Notes under the pieces: model-generated
The model's input: the letters and a program-made list of their open reading frames with translations, nothing else
The model's database searches: none
What the model was told of the DNA's origin: nothing
Position numbers and translations under genes: made by a program
Virus record (IMG/VR): IMGVR_UViG_3300027754_005796
Location: 64,001 to 128,000 of that record
Length of the DNA stretch: 64,000 nucleotides
Strand: one strand, 5' to 3'
DNA from: a virus
In this document: positions 19,465 through 29,955 of the stretch, one piece after another
Numbering within the stretch: position 1 is the stretch's first letter
Layout of the letters: every line of letters starts with the position of its first letter

Positions 19465-19761
19465 ATGCTATTGATTTTATCTTGGTTATTATTTGGTTTG
19501 CTGGTAGGATATTTGTCCAAGTTGCTACATCCGGGTGATGACCCTGTTGGATTTCTACCCACTTTGGGAATTGGAGTTGTTGGTTCATTTATCGGTGGTT
19601 TTATCAATTGGTTATTGAGTTTTGGGAATGGCCCATTTCAGGCATCTGGATTGATAATGTCTGTACTTGGCGGTGTTGTTTGTTGCGTGGCTTACCGATA
19701 TTATCGATTGAAGATGAAGTCGGATGGTCCCAGAAGTTTTATAAGTGGCAAAAAGCTCTGA
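19465..19761 (+). CDS. GlsB/YeaQ/YmgE transglycosylase-associated membrane protein
   Basis: WLLFGLLVGYLSKLLHPG...LGIGVVGSFIGG...SVLGG. Confidence 0.88.
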   Translation: MLLILSWLLFGLLVGYLSKLLHPGDDPVGFLPTLGIGVVGSFIGGFINWLLSFGNGPFQASGLIMSVLGGVVCCVAYRYYRLKMKSDGPRSFISGKKL

Positions 19762-19799
19762 TAACTTGAATCATCGCCAGCATTTGGATAAAATTTGAT

Positions 19800-20021
19800 A
19801 TGTTAGACCAAAATGTTGTATCTAAACTAAAAGAAAAGTATTTGCACTTGCATCCGCTGCTTTTTGCACGGTCTGTTGAACGAGCACGAAGCAACGGCGA
19901 TCTTTTCGATATTGTCGATACTGTTCCAAAAAATTTTCCTATTGTTTGGAATGAAAAAGAGCGTCGATGGCATTCCTTTTCTGACTTGTATCTCATCAAA
20001 GAACTTCATGAGCTCCAATAA
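19800..20021 (+). CDS. Hypothetical protein
   Basis: 73-aa ORF. Confidence 0.55.
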   Translation: MLDQNVVSKLKEKYLHLHPLLFARSVERARSNGDLFDIVDTVPKNFPIVWNEKERRWHSFSDLYLIKELHELQ

Positions 20022-20026
20022 TAAAT

Positions 20027-20674
20027 ATGCGTTTATATGAAGAGTACCTGCAAAGGCATCAACTAACTGATATTCCAGTAGTTCATCATTGTCAAGCAGC
20101 ATCCGTGTTGCTGAAAATTAATGATATGGATTTGTTTTCAAGCGCACTCGAAAGAGACTTGTCTTCAAACATGCCTCCGTATGGTATCTTAAATTTGAGA
20201 TGGGAATATAACGATCATCATCCGGGTCATTATGAAATATTTTTTAGCTATCCTATTCATGATGGCTATAAAAACAATCCTTTTTCCACATGTTTGATAT
20301 CTACCATAAAATGGCATGAGTACGAGTCTTTTGTTCTTGGTTTTTGTGATAGGGTTAATGGTGTGACACCCGTAAGGGATCAAAAAATCATAAGTCTTGC
20401 TGCTTGGGAAATGTTTGTTTACTCTTATGATCATTGGTTTTTTAGTCAAAATGGCGAAATAAAATATTTGTTGTTTGAAAGTCTTGACAAAGACAACGAG
20501 TATGAAAAAAGATTAGGTTTTTGTCAAGAACTGGTCAGAAAATTATCTATAAACAATAGTCCTATCGTGCGTGTTTGGAAAAACGAGGTGTGTAATAAAG
20601 TCCAATATCATGCAGACTGGCTTGCAAATTTGATTGAAAAAAAATGTCAAAAAAATATTCTCCTGTTAGGCTAA
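20027..20674 (+). CDS. Hypothetical protein
   Basis: 215-aa ORF. Confidence 0.6.
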   Translation: MRLYEEYLQRHQLTDIPVVHHCQAASVLLKINDMDLFSSALERDLSSNMPPYGILNLRWEYNDHHPGHYEIFFSYPIHDGYKNNPFSTCLISTIKWHEYESFVLGFCDRVNGVTPVRDQKIISLAAWEMFVYSYDHWFFSQNGEIKYLLFESLDKDNEYEKRLGFCQELVRKLSINNSPIVRVWKNEVCNKVQYHADWLANLIEKKCQKNILLLG

Positions 20675-21480
20675 GAAACCCTAACACAAAAAATCATACT
20701 GTCCGTCTCTTGTCTGGCCAAAAACTACATTTGGTTTTTGACGGGGAAAAATTTCTGGAATACAAACTTGACTTAAAAAGCTCATTCTTGGTTATTGAAG
20801 AAATTACGGAAATATCAAACGGTTGGATGGCATTTGTATCACAGGAATCCGTACCAAACTTTGATGAAAACACTCTCTTTCTTGGCGAGATTGACCTGTA
20901 TAGCGACAAAAACGAGATTGATGCATCTTTGTGCATCCTGTCTCAAAATCAAAACAATGATTTTTTAAGAATAATCAATCCAGTAAGCCAATCTTGTGTG
21001 CTCGAGCCAAATCAAGTTTTGGATGTTGTGTTCCAATCAGACGACTTATCAAAAAAGTTTTATCCCATAGTTGCCGGTAGCGATCTAGAACTTGAACTGA
21101 TTCAGCATCTGGTCCGAACTCCAAGAGTTCCTTTAAGCAATGCAGCCTGTGTTGAAAACTTTTTCAGGTTTAGATTTACATCTGAAAGCATTCATTATAT
21201 TTCCGAACAGCCTTACGCAAAATATAATGCTGGTATGATTCAGTTTGCGACAAATAAAAACGATGCTCATGAATTGAAAGTTGTTTGTTCATGGCGTGGC
21301 AAGCCATCCGTGTACAAAGCTCTTTTGTTGCCAAAAATTCCAAACTGCGATCTTGGTCAAGTGCGGAAATGTAAAAGGCAGATGATGCAGTCAAATGTGG
21401 TAGTTAAAAATGTAGATAGTGATAGTTTGGAAGACGGTTGTAATGTTTTGCTTTCAAAAAGCAATAGAGGCTTTTTATGA
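20644..21480 (+). CDS. Hypothetical protein
   Basis: 278-aa ORF, coupled. Confidence 0.6.
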   Translation: MSKKYSPVRLRNPNTKNHTVRLLSGQKLHLVFDGEKFLEYKLDLKSSFLVIEEITEISNGWMAFVSQESVPNFDENTLFLGEIDLYSDKNEIDASLCILSQNQNNDFLRIINPVSQSCVLEPNQVLDVVFQSDDLSKKFYPIVAGSDLELELIQHLVRTPRVPLSNAACVENFFRFRFTSESIHYISEQPYAKYNAGMIQFATNKNDAHELKVVCSWRGKPSVYKALLLPKIPNCDLGQVRKCKRQMMQSNVVVKNVDSDSLEDGCNVLLSKSNRGFL

Positions 21481-22139
21481 CGGCTGTCCTGCTTCCATCA
21501 AGAAATGTCATTCTTGCCTATTGTTCACCGCCCACCGGCAATTTTGGACTAGAGGCGGATGTGGCAGATAGAGTGGCAACTTGGGATCATTGCCGTGAAC
21601 AATTTGCAGCCAAGTTCAACGATAAGACCAAGGGTTTTTTCTTTTCACACAAAGATTGCAAAACTCAGGAACTTGCTGATTTTATCATTAGGTTTGAACA
21701 AATTGCACAGAGCAGTCGGAAAAATTTCCGCTTCAAATATTCGCAGTTTTCCCCGACATCATCAGTTAATATCACATACATTCAGCCGAGTAAATTTTGG
21801 CTTGATTGTTATTTTAAAAGGTCTTTGTTCACAATCTTATGTAGATGTGCAATCAATTACGAAGCAACTACAAGAAAATTTGAAGATGTTTTGTTTGACT
21901 CCAGAGTCAAAGATTCGGCATATTTAGTCGAGACTAAACCTGCGGTTTTACGATTTATGTTTGGTTTTACCAAATATGTGGGAATAAGTCCGGTTTTGGG
22001 AGAAAGCACCGTGATTAAGCATGGTTGGGTTGAAGAATTTCAAAAGTTAGATATACAAGCAATTAGAAAAAGGTTGGTTTTGCCAGACAATATGAAAAAA
22101 TACTCAAATATAGTTGGTACTGACTCTCTTTGGAATTAG
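21477..22139 (+). CDS. Hypothetical protein
   Basis: 220-aa ORF, ATGA overlap. Confidence 0.6.
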   Translation: MTAVLLPSRNVILAYCSPPTGNFGLEADVADRVATWDHCREQFAAKFNDKTKGFFFSHKDCKTQELADFIIRFEQIAQSSRKNFRFKYSQFSPTSSVNITYIQPSKFWLDCYFKRSLFTILCRCAINYEATTRKFEDVLFDSRVKDSAYLVETKPAVLRFMFGFTKYVGISPVLGESTVIKHGWVEEFQKLDIQAIRKRLVLPDNMKKYSNIVGTDSLWN

Positions 22140-22166
22140 CTATCATACATAACGAAGGGAGGCATT

Positions 22167-22721
22167 ATGGAAGATAGCAACTTGGATGTGGTCAACATAC
22201 AAGTAAGAAAAAAAGACAAAGATCACGATGATTTTGCGCCAGTTTGGATCAAAATTTTTGGCGGTTCCATACTAAGCGTGTCTTTTCTTTGTGCGATTAC
22301 TGTCACAGGTTATATTGTAGCCAATTTAAATAGTCTGCAATCTCAGATCAACACTCTGAATTCCCAGATGGTTACTAAAAGCGAACACAACGAGCGACAA
22401 AAAATACTATGGGATGGTTATACAAATCAGACAAAACAGTCTTTGGATGTTTTTTCCTCAGCTAAAGAAAGAATTAATTTTTTGGAGCAAGGATTGAAAG
22501 ATAGGCAAGCCTCTATTGAAAAAATTGAGATAAAACTAACAGTTCAAGAAAAAGCATTAGAATCTGCCAACAAGGAATTGGCTGGGCAAAAAGAGCGGTC
22601 CAACAGCTTGGAATCGAACAATTTGCAATTGCGAGATGAAATTAAAAGTGTTCAAAAGGATTTACAAAATTTTCGTGAGAGAGTTGCCAGCATCGAGGCA
22701 AAACTTGGCGAAAAAAAGTAG
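22167..22721 (+). CDS. Membrane-anchored coiled-coil protein
   Basis: One TM helix plus long heptad region; GGAGG RBS. Confidence 0.65.
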   Translation: MEDSNLDVVNIQVRKKDKDHDDFAPVWIKIFGGSILSVSFLCAITVTGYIVANLNSLQSQINTLNSQMVTKSEHNERQKILWDGYTNQTKQSLDVFSSAKERINFLEQGLKDRQASIEKIEIKLTVQEKALESANKELAGQKERSNSLESNNLQLRDEIKSVQKDLQNFRERVASIEAKLGEKK

Positions 22722-22732
22722 GATCATAACAA

Positions 22733-23530
22733 ATGTCTTGGTTTTTCACAGCCGATACCCATTTTAGTCACGGCAATATTATCAAATATTGCAAAAGACC
22801 TTTCCTTGATTTTGTCGATCAAGGAATTTGCGATCTCATCTCACTAGGAACAATTCCAGCCCGAGAATTTGTTGTTTCGGAACAAACTGTGGCTGAAATG
22901 GATTCTTGTATCATTGATAGCATCAATTCATTAGTTGATAAACATGATAATTTGGTTATTGTAGGAGATTTTTGTTTTGCTAAGGGCAGAAGCAAAGTTG
23001 AGAAAGCTAGGAGTTACAGAGAAAGAATTAATTGTCAAAATGTGTATTTGATATTGGGAAATCATGATAATCGTGATGTATTGAAGCCTCTATTTAATGC
23101 AATTTACGAAAACTATCTATTTCAGATTGATGGGCAACAAATATTTGCAAGTCATTATCCTGCAAGATCATGGAACAGGGCAGCTTATGGAAGCTGGATG
23201 GTTTACGGCCATGTACATAATTCATTGCATTCTGAGGACAATGGAGAATTGTCACGATACAAAAAAAAGATTTATGGAGAGGGATTTGCCAAAGTTCTTA
23301 GGGAAAAGCTTGATTTACAGGTAGATGATGCCTTGATTAATGCTCTTTTGGAGGTATGCGCCTCAACTAATGGCGTTGATTTAACAGTCGATGTGGGAGT
23401 TGATAATCATCGTGCTGGTACTACATTTGGCACCCCTTGGAGCATGGATGACCTCAGAAAATACATGTCTCAAAAGCGTGTACTATGGGGAATTAGAAAC
23501 AAAATTTTTCAAGAATTGAAAAGATGTTGA
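22733..23530 (+). CDS. Calcineurin-like metallophosphoesterase
   Basis: ADTHFSH, VGDF, GNHD, SHYP, GHVH, DVGVD. Confidence 0.92.
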   Translation: MSWFFTADTHFSHGNIIKYCKRPFLDFVDQGICDLISLGTIPAREFVVSEQTVAEMDSCIIDSINSLVDKHDNLVIVGDFCFAKGRSKVEKARSYRERINCQNVYLILGNHDNRDVLKPLFNAIYENYLFQIDGQQIFASHYPARSWNRAAYGSWMVYGHVHNSLHSEDNGELSRYKKKIYGEGFAKVLREKLDLQVDDALINALLEVCASTNGVDLTVDVGVDNHRAGTTFGTPWSMDDLRKYMSQKRVLWGIRNKIFQELKRC

Positions 23531-23636
23531 CATGCGACAACATTCGTGCAATATTGTTTTCTCTGGCGCACACTTGGTTTCAAGTTGCAGGTATAAGGAT
23601 GCGTCACCTTAACCTGAAGTTTGTGAGATTCGACAG

Positions 23637-24029
23637 ATGAACAGGAAGTTTGTTGCTCTTGCTCTGGTTGTTGTCGTCGCTTCTTCTGCATCTGCTGGTC
23701 CTTTCGGGCTGCTTGGCAGACGGGGTGGAGGTACGACAGCCACAAGCAATCAAAACACTCAAGGAGGAACTGTTTACCAGCAATCTAGGTTTACAGTAGC
23801 CAACGCTTTTCTGGGATCGGCTCAGGGCGTGGCAAATCATCTCGCCTCTCTGGGCAGAATTGGGCACTTTGGTGGCAATTCTTACGCTTATGAAGGTGTA
23901 GGAATGGGAGTTTCCCCCGATCACGCTCTTCATAATTGCTGCAACAATGGTGGCGCAGTTGCAGACTATGGAGTGTGCCAAGGGGTCAATGGCATGTGGT
24001 ATGCGTGTAAACGCTATCACAGTAGATAG
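23637..24029 (+). CDS. Secreted CAP/SCP-like small protein
   Basis: Signal peptide; GHFGG..YEGVG...NCC...G.WYACKRY. Confidence 0.6.
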   Translation: MNRKFVALALVVVVASSASAGPFGLLGRRGGGTTATSNQNTQGGTVYQQSRFTVANAFLGSAQGVANHLASLGRIGHFGGNSYAYEGVGMGVSPDHALHNCCNNGGAVADYGVCQGVNGMWYACKRYHSR

Positions 24030-24054
24030 TTTCGCATTTTTAGCATTTTTGCTT

Positions 24055-24089
24055 AGGGAGACCGAATTCAATTCGGTCTCCCTTTTTTT
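24055..24089 (+). terminator. Intrinsic terminator
   Basis: AGGGAGACCGAAT..ATTCGGTCTCCCT followed by T-run. Confidence 0.9.
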
Positions 24090-24186
24090 GTAATCACACT
24101 ATTTTAAATACAAGCTTGTTTTTTTTAGTTCGACTCTCAATAACTCTCGTCTTATAATTTATTGCCCATAATAAAAGGAACATAAT

Positions 24187-24996
24187 ATGCAGTATCGATT
24201 TTTTGTTGGTCAGGATTTGGTGTTTCAGAACCAGAAGGTCGTGGTTCGTAGACTTGGCGCAACAACGAATGGTCAACCAAAATATTTTTGCGAGGTTGGC
24301 GAAGCATCCCTTACAATGTGGATTCCCGAGCCACAACTGGATGTTGGTCCTGCGGTTGGGCCAGCAGCGGTCTCGTATAACAGGCGTATGCCTCATCTTT
24401 GCATCGTTGATAATTTCTACAAGAATCCCGATGAGATTCGTGCATTCGCACTTGAGCAAGAGTATGAAAGCGATCTTCGCTTTTATAAAGGCAAAAGAAC
24501 TAAGGACAGGTTTTTGTGGGGTTTCTTGAAGGAGGAGTTTGAAAGGCTTTTAGGCCGATCAATTGTTGACTGGCTTGAACAGCCTGCAAATGGTTGTTTT
24601 CAAACTACAGGATATGATGATCCTCTTGTGTACCACAGCGATGTGCAAAGCTACGCTGCTGCCATTTATCTCAGCCCTCATGCTCCAGTAAGCGCAGGCA
24701 CTAGTTTCTGGCAGGACAAGAAATATCATGCTCGTCGTCCAACCAATCATCCTTTGGAGTTTGAGCGTTATCCCAACGATCAAGCACGCATGGATGCCCT
24801 GAACGAGATTTATACGGCTTACAACATTACTCATCCAGACAACTGGGAGCTTGTTGATAAGGTAGGCGCTGTTTACAATCGATTGGCCATCTGGGATGCC
24901 CAATTGATTCATTCTGCAAGCACATACGAAGGTCTTAGTAGTGAAGTAGCTGCTCAGGGCCGTCTTGTGCAGTTGTTCTTCTTTACGGTGCGTTGA
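24187..24996 (+). CDS. DUF6445-like 2OG-Fe(II) oxygenase
   Basis: IVDNFYKNPDEIR, YHSD, IYLSP, GTSFW, YNRL, HSA, RLVQLFF. Confidence 0.75.
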   Translation: MQYRFFVGQDLVFQNQKVVVRRLGATTNGQPKYFCEVGEASLTMWIPEPQLDVGPAVGPAAVSYNRRMPHLCIVDNFYKNPDEIRAFALEQEYESDLRFYKGKRTKDRFLWGFLKEEFERLLGRSIVDWLEQPANGCFQTTGYDDPLVYHSDVQSYAAAIYLSPHAPVSAGTSFWQDKKYHARRPTNHPLEFERYPNDQARMDALNEIYTAYNITHPDNWELVDKVGAVYNRLAIWDAQLIHSASTYEGLSSEVAAQGRLVQLFFFTVR

Positions 24997-25042
24997 AATT
25001 GAGGCGTTGTCGCTGCAAGAGACCTCTTGCAGCGACACTTTT

Positions 25043-25630
25043 ATGTTAAGGTCTCCTATGTATTCTTGGCAGTCTGCACTAGAGTTAGTTGCTAATTATT
25101 ACAAAATAAATCAAGATTTGCTTAGAACTGTTTCCATTCCTCTTCCTGTTTTGGAAGACCTCAAACCATATTTTTCTGGCAATGGTTTGCAAATAGGTGG
25201 TTTCGTTGGTTTGACGCACTTGTACATTGCCAACCATTTGAAAAGCATTGGTGGCACCATTTGCACGATTGATCCAAATCTTATGCACGAAGATGTTAGC
25301 AATTGTTTTAACATAATGTCTTTCTTGACTATGAAATATAAACTTCATACAAATTCTTTGTTGGTTTGTGGATATTCTGATCCACAAATAAAAATTTTGC
25401 ATCAAATGGGTGCAAGGTGTGATTTTGTTTTAGTAGATGGATACCATGATAGAACAAATGTTGAAAGAGATGTGGAACTAGCTGATCAAATTTTGAAAAA
25501 TGGTGGCCATTTAATTTTAGATGATATTGATTTTTGGAAAGAACCAAGAGATTATTACAACAATTTCTCATTAGATGGTTACGAGAAAATCCCTTGCAAT
25601 CCCCGAGTAGGACTGCTGAAAAAACTTTAG
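25043..25630 (+). CDS. Class I SAM methyltransferase (Methyltransf_24-like)
   Basis: LQIGGFVG, TIDP, DFVLVDGYH, LKNGGHLILDD. Confidence 0.8.
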   Translation: MLRSPMYSWQSALELVANYYKINQDLLRTVSIPLPVLEDLKPYFSGNGLQIGGFVGLTHLYIANHLKSIGGTICTIDPNLMHEDVSNCFNIMSFLTMKYKLHTNSLLVCGYSDPQIKILHQMGARCDFVLVDGYHDRTNVERDVELADQILKNGGHLILDDIDFWKEPRDYYNNFSLDGYEKIPCNPRVGLLKKL

Positions 25631-25774
25631 GAGTGGAAGTTGACCAGATCGGAGGAGTGGATGATAACTCTGATGCTGATTCTGGTAACCATCATAGGTC
25701 CACTAATTTACCTGTTTATTTGGAAAAAATACATAGACGATTGATTTCTGCATAAATTTTGCATTTTTAACACA

Positions 25775-26017
25775 TTAGACAAGTTCAAGCACTTTTGGCT
25801 CTTTTCCAATATATGTCTCATAGCAAGCTATGGCTTTCGAGCCCGTGAGTGTAAAAACATCTCCGTGACGCAGAGGATTTTTCCAGTAAGGAATTAAAAC
25901 CTCTGCGCTTTGCAAAGCAAGTATGATGTTTTCCATTGAGTTGGGCAGAGTTTGGCTGCTCAAAGCTATTGGATCGATGGTATTGACCCGAAATGTGTAT
26001 TTCGGGTGATTGTTCAT
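25775..26017 (-). CDS. Hypothetical protein, stand-alone paralog of the C-terminal domain of the upstream ORF
   Basis: YTFRVNTIDP...NIILAL...LRHGDVFTLTG vs ITFKVKTYDP...NIIKAL...LKHDDTFVLYG. Confidence 0.6.
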   Translation of the reverse strand: MNNHPKYTFRVNTIDPIALSSQTLPNSMENIILALQSAEVLIPYWKNPLRHGDVFTLTGSKAIACYETYIGKEPKVLELV

Positions 26018-26030
26018 GTTTTGTATCAAC

Positions 26031-26885
26031 CTACACTTCCTCTTCTGGGACAATCTCAACTACACTCCATCCGCTGTTCAATTGTGGCAATTGATTTTTT
26101 AGGTCAAGTGCCGTTTTGCCATAAAGAACAAAAGTGTCATCGTGCTTCAAAGCATAATCAACATGAGGTAGCCATACTGTTTGTTCTTTTAGAGCTTTGA
26201 TAATATTGTCTAAATTGCCGTCTGGGGACAAAGTGCCTGCGAGCAATGATGGATCGTAGGTTTTGACCTTGAATGTGATTTTCGGCAAAGGATAATTAGT
26301 AGTTTCTGCTTCAATTTGCAAGTATGTAAAATATCCAGTATTTGAATCATCGGCATCGGCATCAAAACCAATGCGATAGGGACCGGCTGGAAGCCTTTCG
26401 TTGAGGGTGTAGGTTGCAAGCAGAGTGTTATTTGTACTTGTTCCTTCGTACACTTCTGTAATAACTCTTGAGTTTGCGGGTGTGTAAACCACTTTAAAAG
26501 TGAATGGAACACCGCCCTCTCCTAAGTTGATACCCCCTTCAGATGTTGTTAGACCATTAACTTCAACATCATCGCAATTCATGTTTACTGAAATTCTGCT
26601 ATTGCATGGTTCAAAGTCCCAACCCGGTTCTACTCCGGTGTTGAAAAAACACATGCCTTGATCCGTGCAAGAATCTTGAATTATCGTGTAAATTACCGTG
26701 ACTAGGCTTTCAGAAGGAATGTCATAATTCAGTCTGATTGGAAATGAAACACCACCACAGTTACCGGCAGTTCCAGAGAAGAACATGCCTGTGCCATCAA
26801 ATCCGTAGTCAACTCCTACTGTGTTTTTGTTGTCAGTTGCATAATAGCTCAGCCAGTCTGGCTTAGATGTAAGATTGCTTTGCAT
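26031..26885 (-). CDS. Beta-rich (possibly lectin-like) virion-associated protein
   Basis: G/T/N-rich beta-strand pattern; GAGGT RBS; TAAATA upstream. Confidence 0.5.
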   Translation of the reverse strand: MQSNLTSKPDWLSYYATDNKNTVGVDYGFDGTGMFFSGTAGNCGGVSFPIRLNYDIPSESLVTVIYTIIQDSCTDQGMCFFNTGVEPGWDFEPCNSRISVNMNCDDVEVNGLTTSEGGINLGEGGVPFTFKVVYTPANSRVITEVYEGTSTNNTLLATYTLNERLPAGPYRIGFDADADDSNTGYFTYLQIEAETTNYPLPKITFKVKTYDPSLLAGTLSPDGNLDNIIKALKEQTVWLPHVDYALKHDDTFVLYGKTALDLKNQLPQLNSGWSVVEIVPEEEV

Positions 26886-26936
26886 TTTGTACCTCAGAGA
26901 ACTTATAATTTATTTATTCAACTATTTGAGGTTTTT

Positions 26937-27494
26937 ATGGGCTGTCTGGAAACTTTGAGTGTTATTTGCTTTGATGTAGGCGCACTTAAAAATCAATACG
27001 GTTGTTCCGTCTTCGTTGAAACGGGCTGTTATCTGGGCACTTCTTTGCGATTTGCTTTGACTTTAGGCTTTAAAAAGGTGTTGAGTTGCGACATAGTAAA
27101 AGCAAATATTGATCATTGTTTGACTAAATTTCAGGACCCTTCTCTTGAAATTTATCATCTTCTTTCTGTTGATTTTCTAGAAAAAATTCTACCACAACTG
27201 GCAGACGAGCATTCGATCATGTTTTGGCTTGATGCCCATTTGCCAGACAATCGTCTTGGTCAAAAATACGATTTGCCTTTGGAAGAGGAGTTCGCCATCA
27301 TCAACAAATATCGTCCAAATCAGCCAGATGTGGTTTGTGTGGATGATTTAAGAATCTACGAGGATGGGAATTACTCGGGCGGTAGCTGGGATCGTGGAGA
27401 TTACAATAATTTAAGCTTATCTTTCTTGGAAAAATACAACTACAGCATTCAGAAGTTCTATCACGAAGAGGGTTATATGGTGATTACACGCTGA
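26937..27494 (+). CDS. SAM methyltransferase-like protein
   Basis: FVETGCYLG, FWLDAH, PLEEE, VDDLR. Confidence 0.8.
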   Translation: MGCLETLSVICFDVGALKNQYGCSVFVETGCYLGTSLRFALTLGFKKVLSCDIVKANIDHCLTKFQDPSLEIYHLLSVDFLEKILPQLADEHSIMFWLDAHLPDNRLGQKYDLPLEEEFAIINKYRPNQPDVVCVDDLRIYEDGNYSGGSWDRGDYNNLSLSFLEKYNYSIQKFYHEEGYMVITR

Positions 27495-28461
27495 TTTTGT
27501 CGTACCAGTATTTCAAAAGGTCTGCGAGAGTTTTGTCGATGGAGTAACTTGCAGACCATTCGGTGTCTCTGACCAACTCAGTCGAATCGCCGTGTTGGTA
27601 GTGGATGTCTATCGGTCGGTAAAATTGTGGATTAATTTCTTTTTTTACATCTTTTAGACCGCTAATTTCGATTAGCTTATCAGTAAAGAATCCCATCTTG
27701 TGGGGTTCATCTCCGCAAACATTGTAAACATGCGAAAGATTCGAGTTCGCCATAGCCAGATAGTAGGCGTTTACCGTGTCTCGAACATCTATGACCACAC
27801 GGACTGATTCAAGATTTCCGACTTGAAGGGTCTTGTCTTGTACGCCTCTCATCATTCTTGCAATTTGAAAAGCATCGGATGAAATGCTGAAGTTTTTTCC
27901 TCGGCGTGGTCCTGTGTGGCTAAAAGCTCTGGTGATGAAGCCTTTGATTTTTTTGTTGGCAATTCTTTCTTGCATGTACAGATCGGTTGCAGCTTTGGAT
28001 ACACCGTAGGGGTTTGCTGGCAAAATTGAGTCTTTAGTGGTGATTTTTCTGCCATCAAGTCCTATGTTCCCGTACACTTCGCTTGTAGAGCAAAACATCA
28101 ACTTGCAGTTTGGTTGATAATCGGAGATGGATTGGATCAAGTTTGCAGAACCTGTGACATTTTCTTCCATAGTGCCCACAGGATCGACAAAACTAGTGGG
28201 AGGGTGTGATTGTGCAGCAAGATGAAATACCCCGTCAAATTGATTTTTCAAGAAAATTTGATTGAGCATTCTTGCATTTTTTAAATCGGCATATACAAAT
28301 TTAATTGCTTGGAAAACTTCATCTTTAACCACATCACGAATGTCGTTTTCTCGACCGTTGCTGCAACGGACTAGTCCATAGATTTGATGGTGGTTTTCAT
28401 GCAGCAAGTTGGCAAGATGCGGGCCTGCAAAACCTGTGATGCCTGTGATAAGGAATTTCAT
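27484..28461 (-). CDS. gmd: GDP-mannose 4,6-dehydratase family SDR
   Basis: ITGITGFAG, FHLAAQSH, STSEVYG, PYGVSK, HTGPRRG, GNL; could instead be the related Rmd reductase. Confidence 0.75.
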   Translation of the reverse strand: MKFLITGITGFAGPHLANLLHENHHQIYGLVRCSNGRENDIRDVVKDEVFQAIKFVYADLKNARMLNQIFLKNQFDGVFHLAAQSHPPTSFVDPVGTMEENVTGSANLIQSISDYQPNCKLMFCSTSEVYGNIGLDGRKITTKDSILPANPYGVSKAATDLYMQERIANKKIKGFITRAFSHTGPRRGKNFSISSDAFQIARMMRGVQDKTLQVGNLESVRVVIDVRDTVNAYYLAMANSNLSHVYNVCGDEPHKMGFFTDKLIEISGLKDVKKEINPQFYRPIDIHYQHGDSTELVRDTEWSASYSIDKTLADLLKYWYDKISV

Positions 28462-29177
28462 TCTTTTGCGCCTATGAGTCTTTCAAATGATTCAATATAC
28501 AGGAGTTTTCCTTTTCTGTTTTTGTAGTAGTGCTTTTCAAATGAGTATTCGATTGGTTTGTTGTCCCAGTTTGTCATACTATCTTCCCATATGACAAAAT
28601 GAGATTTATTTAGCAGGTCTGCAATATTTGATACACCTGTGAAAGTCGAAACAAAAGGCATCTCGGATTTTGCGATGATGTAAGTGTTGGTCAGTAAGTC
28701 TAAATTGAAATCGATAAAATTAAAATTTTGTAAATGCCCGAAGATTTCCGATCTTCTTCTGTTGTCAGTCTCTTGGCTCCTTGACCACCTATCTCCAACA
28801 TAAAATCCGGGTTTCACTTCGATGTTTGAATTTGGGTATTTGAGCAGAAATTCATCATCAACATCAAAATCCAACCCGTAATTATCTTTCAAAAAGTTTT
28901 CGTATCGACAGGTTTCAATCGGGCGAATATCTGAGTTTTTATCCTCACGGGTCAACGAATTGAGTTTCAAGAATTCTGTTGTTTCAATTTCATCGTCAAA
29001 GTTGACTGAGTTGAAAATATTTTGATATAACAAAAATTCTTTGATTCCTTTGAATTTCCTCATGGAATTCAATATGCAAAGATCAAGTTTGCCAATTTTT
29101 TTACTCAAGCCCGACAGCACGGGAATTGAGTTGAGAAAGTCGCCAAGATTGCCAATAGGATTAATGTATAAGCGCAT
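28458..29177 (-). CDS. GT9-like (heptosyltransferase-like) glycosyltransferase
   Basis: GNLGDFLNSIP N-terminus; FVSTFTGVSNIA. Confidence 0.6.
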   Translation of the reverse strand: MRLYINPIGNLGDFLNSIPVLSGLSKKIGKLDLCILNSMRKFKGIKEFLLYQNIFNSVNFDDEIETTEFLKLNSLTREDKNSDIRPIETCRYENFLKDNYGLDFDVDDEFLLKYPNSNIEVKPGFYVGDRWSRSQETDNRRRSEIFGHLQNFNFIDFNLDLLTNTYIIAKSEMPFVSTFTGVSNIADLLNKSHFVIWEDSMTNWDNKPIEYSFEKHYYKNRKGKLLYIESFERLIGAKE

Positions 29178-29955
29178 TGAAATCCTTGAATGCAACAAAC
29201 CAGTTTTCTGTTGGATGAATCTCAAACAATTCGGGTTGTGTCAACCAAGATTTTAAAAGAAGTGATTGATCATCATCTATCAAGTTGTTGGACATGAGTT
29301 CGTTCATGTTGTGGAAGAAGAGACGATCTAATTCTTTCCACAGCCTTTTACCAGCAACGATGCATGGTCCTGTGACATAAACTAAATTATTTGCGATAAT
29401 AGACAGATGATCGGTTCCATCATAGTCTTGAACGGTGAATAGATGTATTTTTTCAGGATTGAAAGGATAGCTCCAAGTTTTGACACCGTTTAGAGTTCGC
29501 TCATCTCGACAGTAACCGAAATCAAGCCATGCGACCAAATCGTGGCTTGTCGTGCCGAATTCTATGGCTGTTTTTGCGAATCTTGATTTCAGGGCGTTGA
29601 CAAGCACATAGTCAGGGTTCCAATACTCTGGATTGTGTAATTGATTAGGGCTTATTTTGGAAATGAAAAAATCTGATTTTTGAATTTGTTCTATTTGGAC
29701 ACGCAAATCCATACAGATTTTTTCAAATTCTATACAAATAACATTCGTCTTGCGATCCCCTCTTAGTGCTCGAACTGCTGGCGCAAGTTCTTCTGAGGTG
29801 AAGACGGTCATGTCGTTTTCAAGACGAGCAAGAATTTCAAATCTTTGAAAATATGTGTCGGTTGTTCTGTGTAGATATTCTGGCAGAGATTTTTGGTCTT
29901 TCCAAGTTCCACGACCGATGTCAAAAAAAGCCGTTACTATGCTAATTCCGTTCAT
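29161..29955 (-). CDS. HtrL/YibB (WlaTC) family glycosyltransferase
   Basis: IVTAFFDIGRG, PEYWNPDYVLVN, AWLDFGY, DDDQ. Confidence 0.88.
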   Translation of the reverse strand: MNGISIVTAFFDIGRGTWKDQKSLPEYLHRTTDTYFQRFEILARLENDMTVFTSEELAPAVRALRGDRKTNVICIEFEKICMDLRVQIEQIQKSDFFISKISPNQLHNPEYWNPDYVLVNALKSRFAKTAIEFGTTSHDLVAWLDFGYCRDERTLNGVKTWSYPFNPEKIHLFTVQDYDGTDHLSIIANNLVYVTGPCIVAGKRLWKELDRLFFHNMNELMSNNLIDDDQSLLLKSWLTQPELFEIHPTENWFVAFKDFNALIH

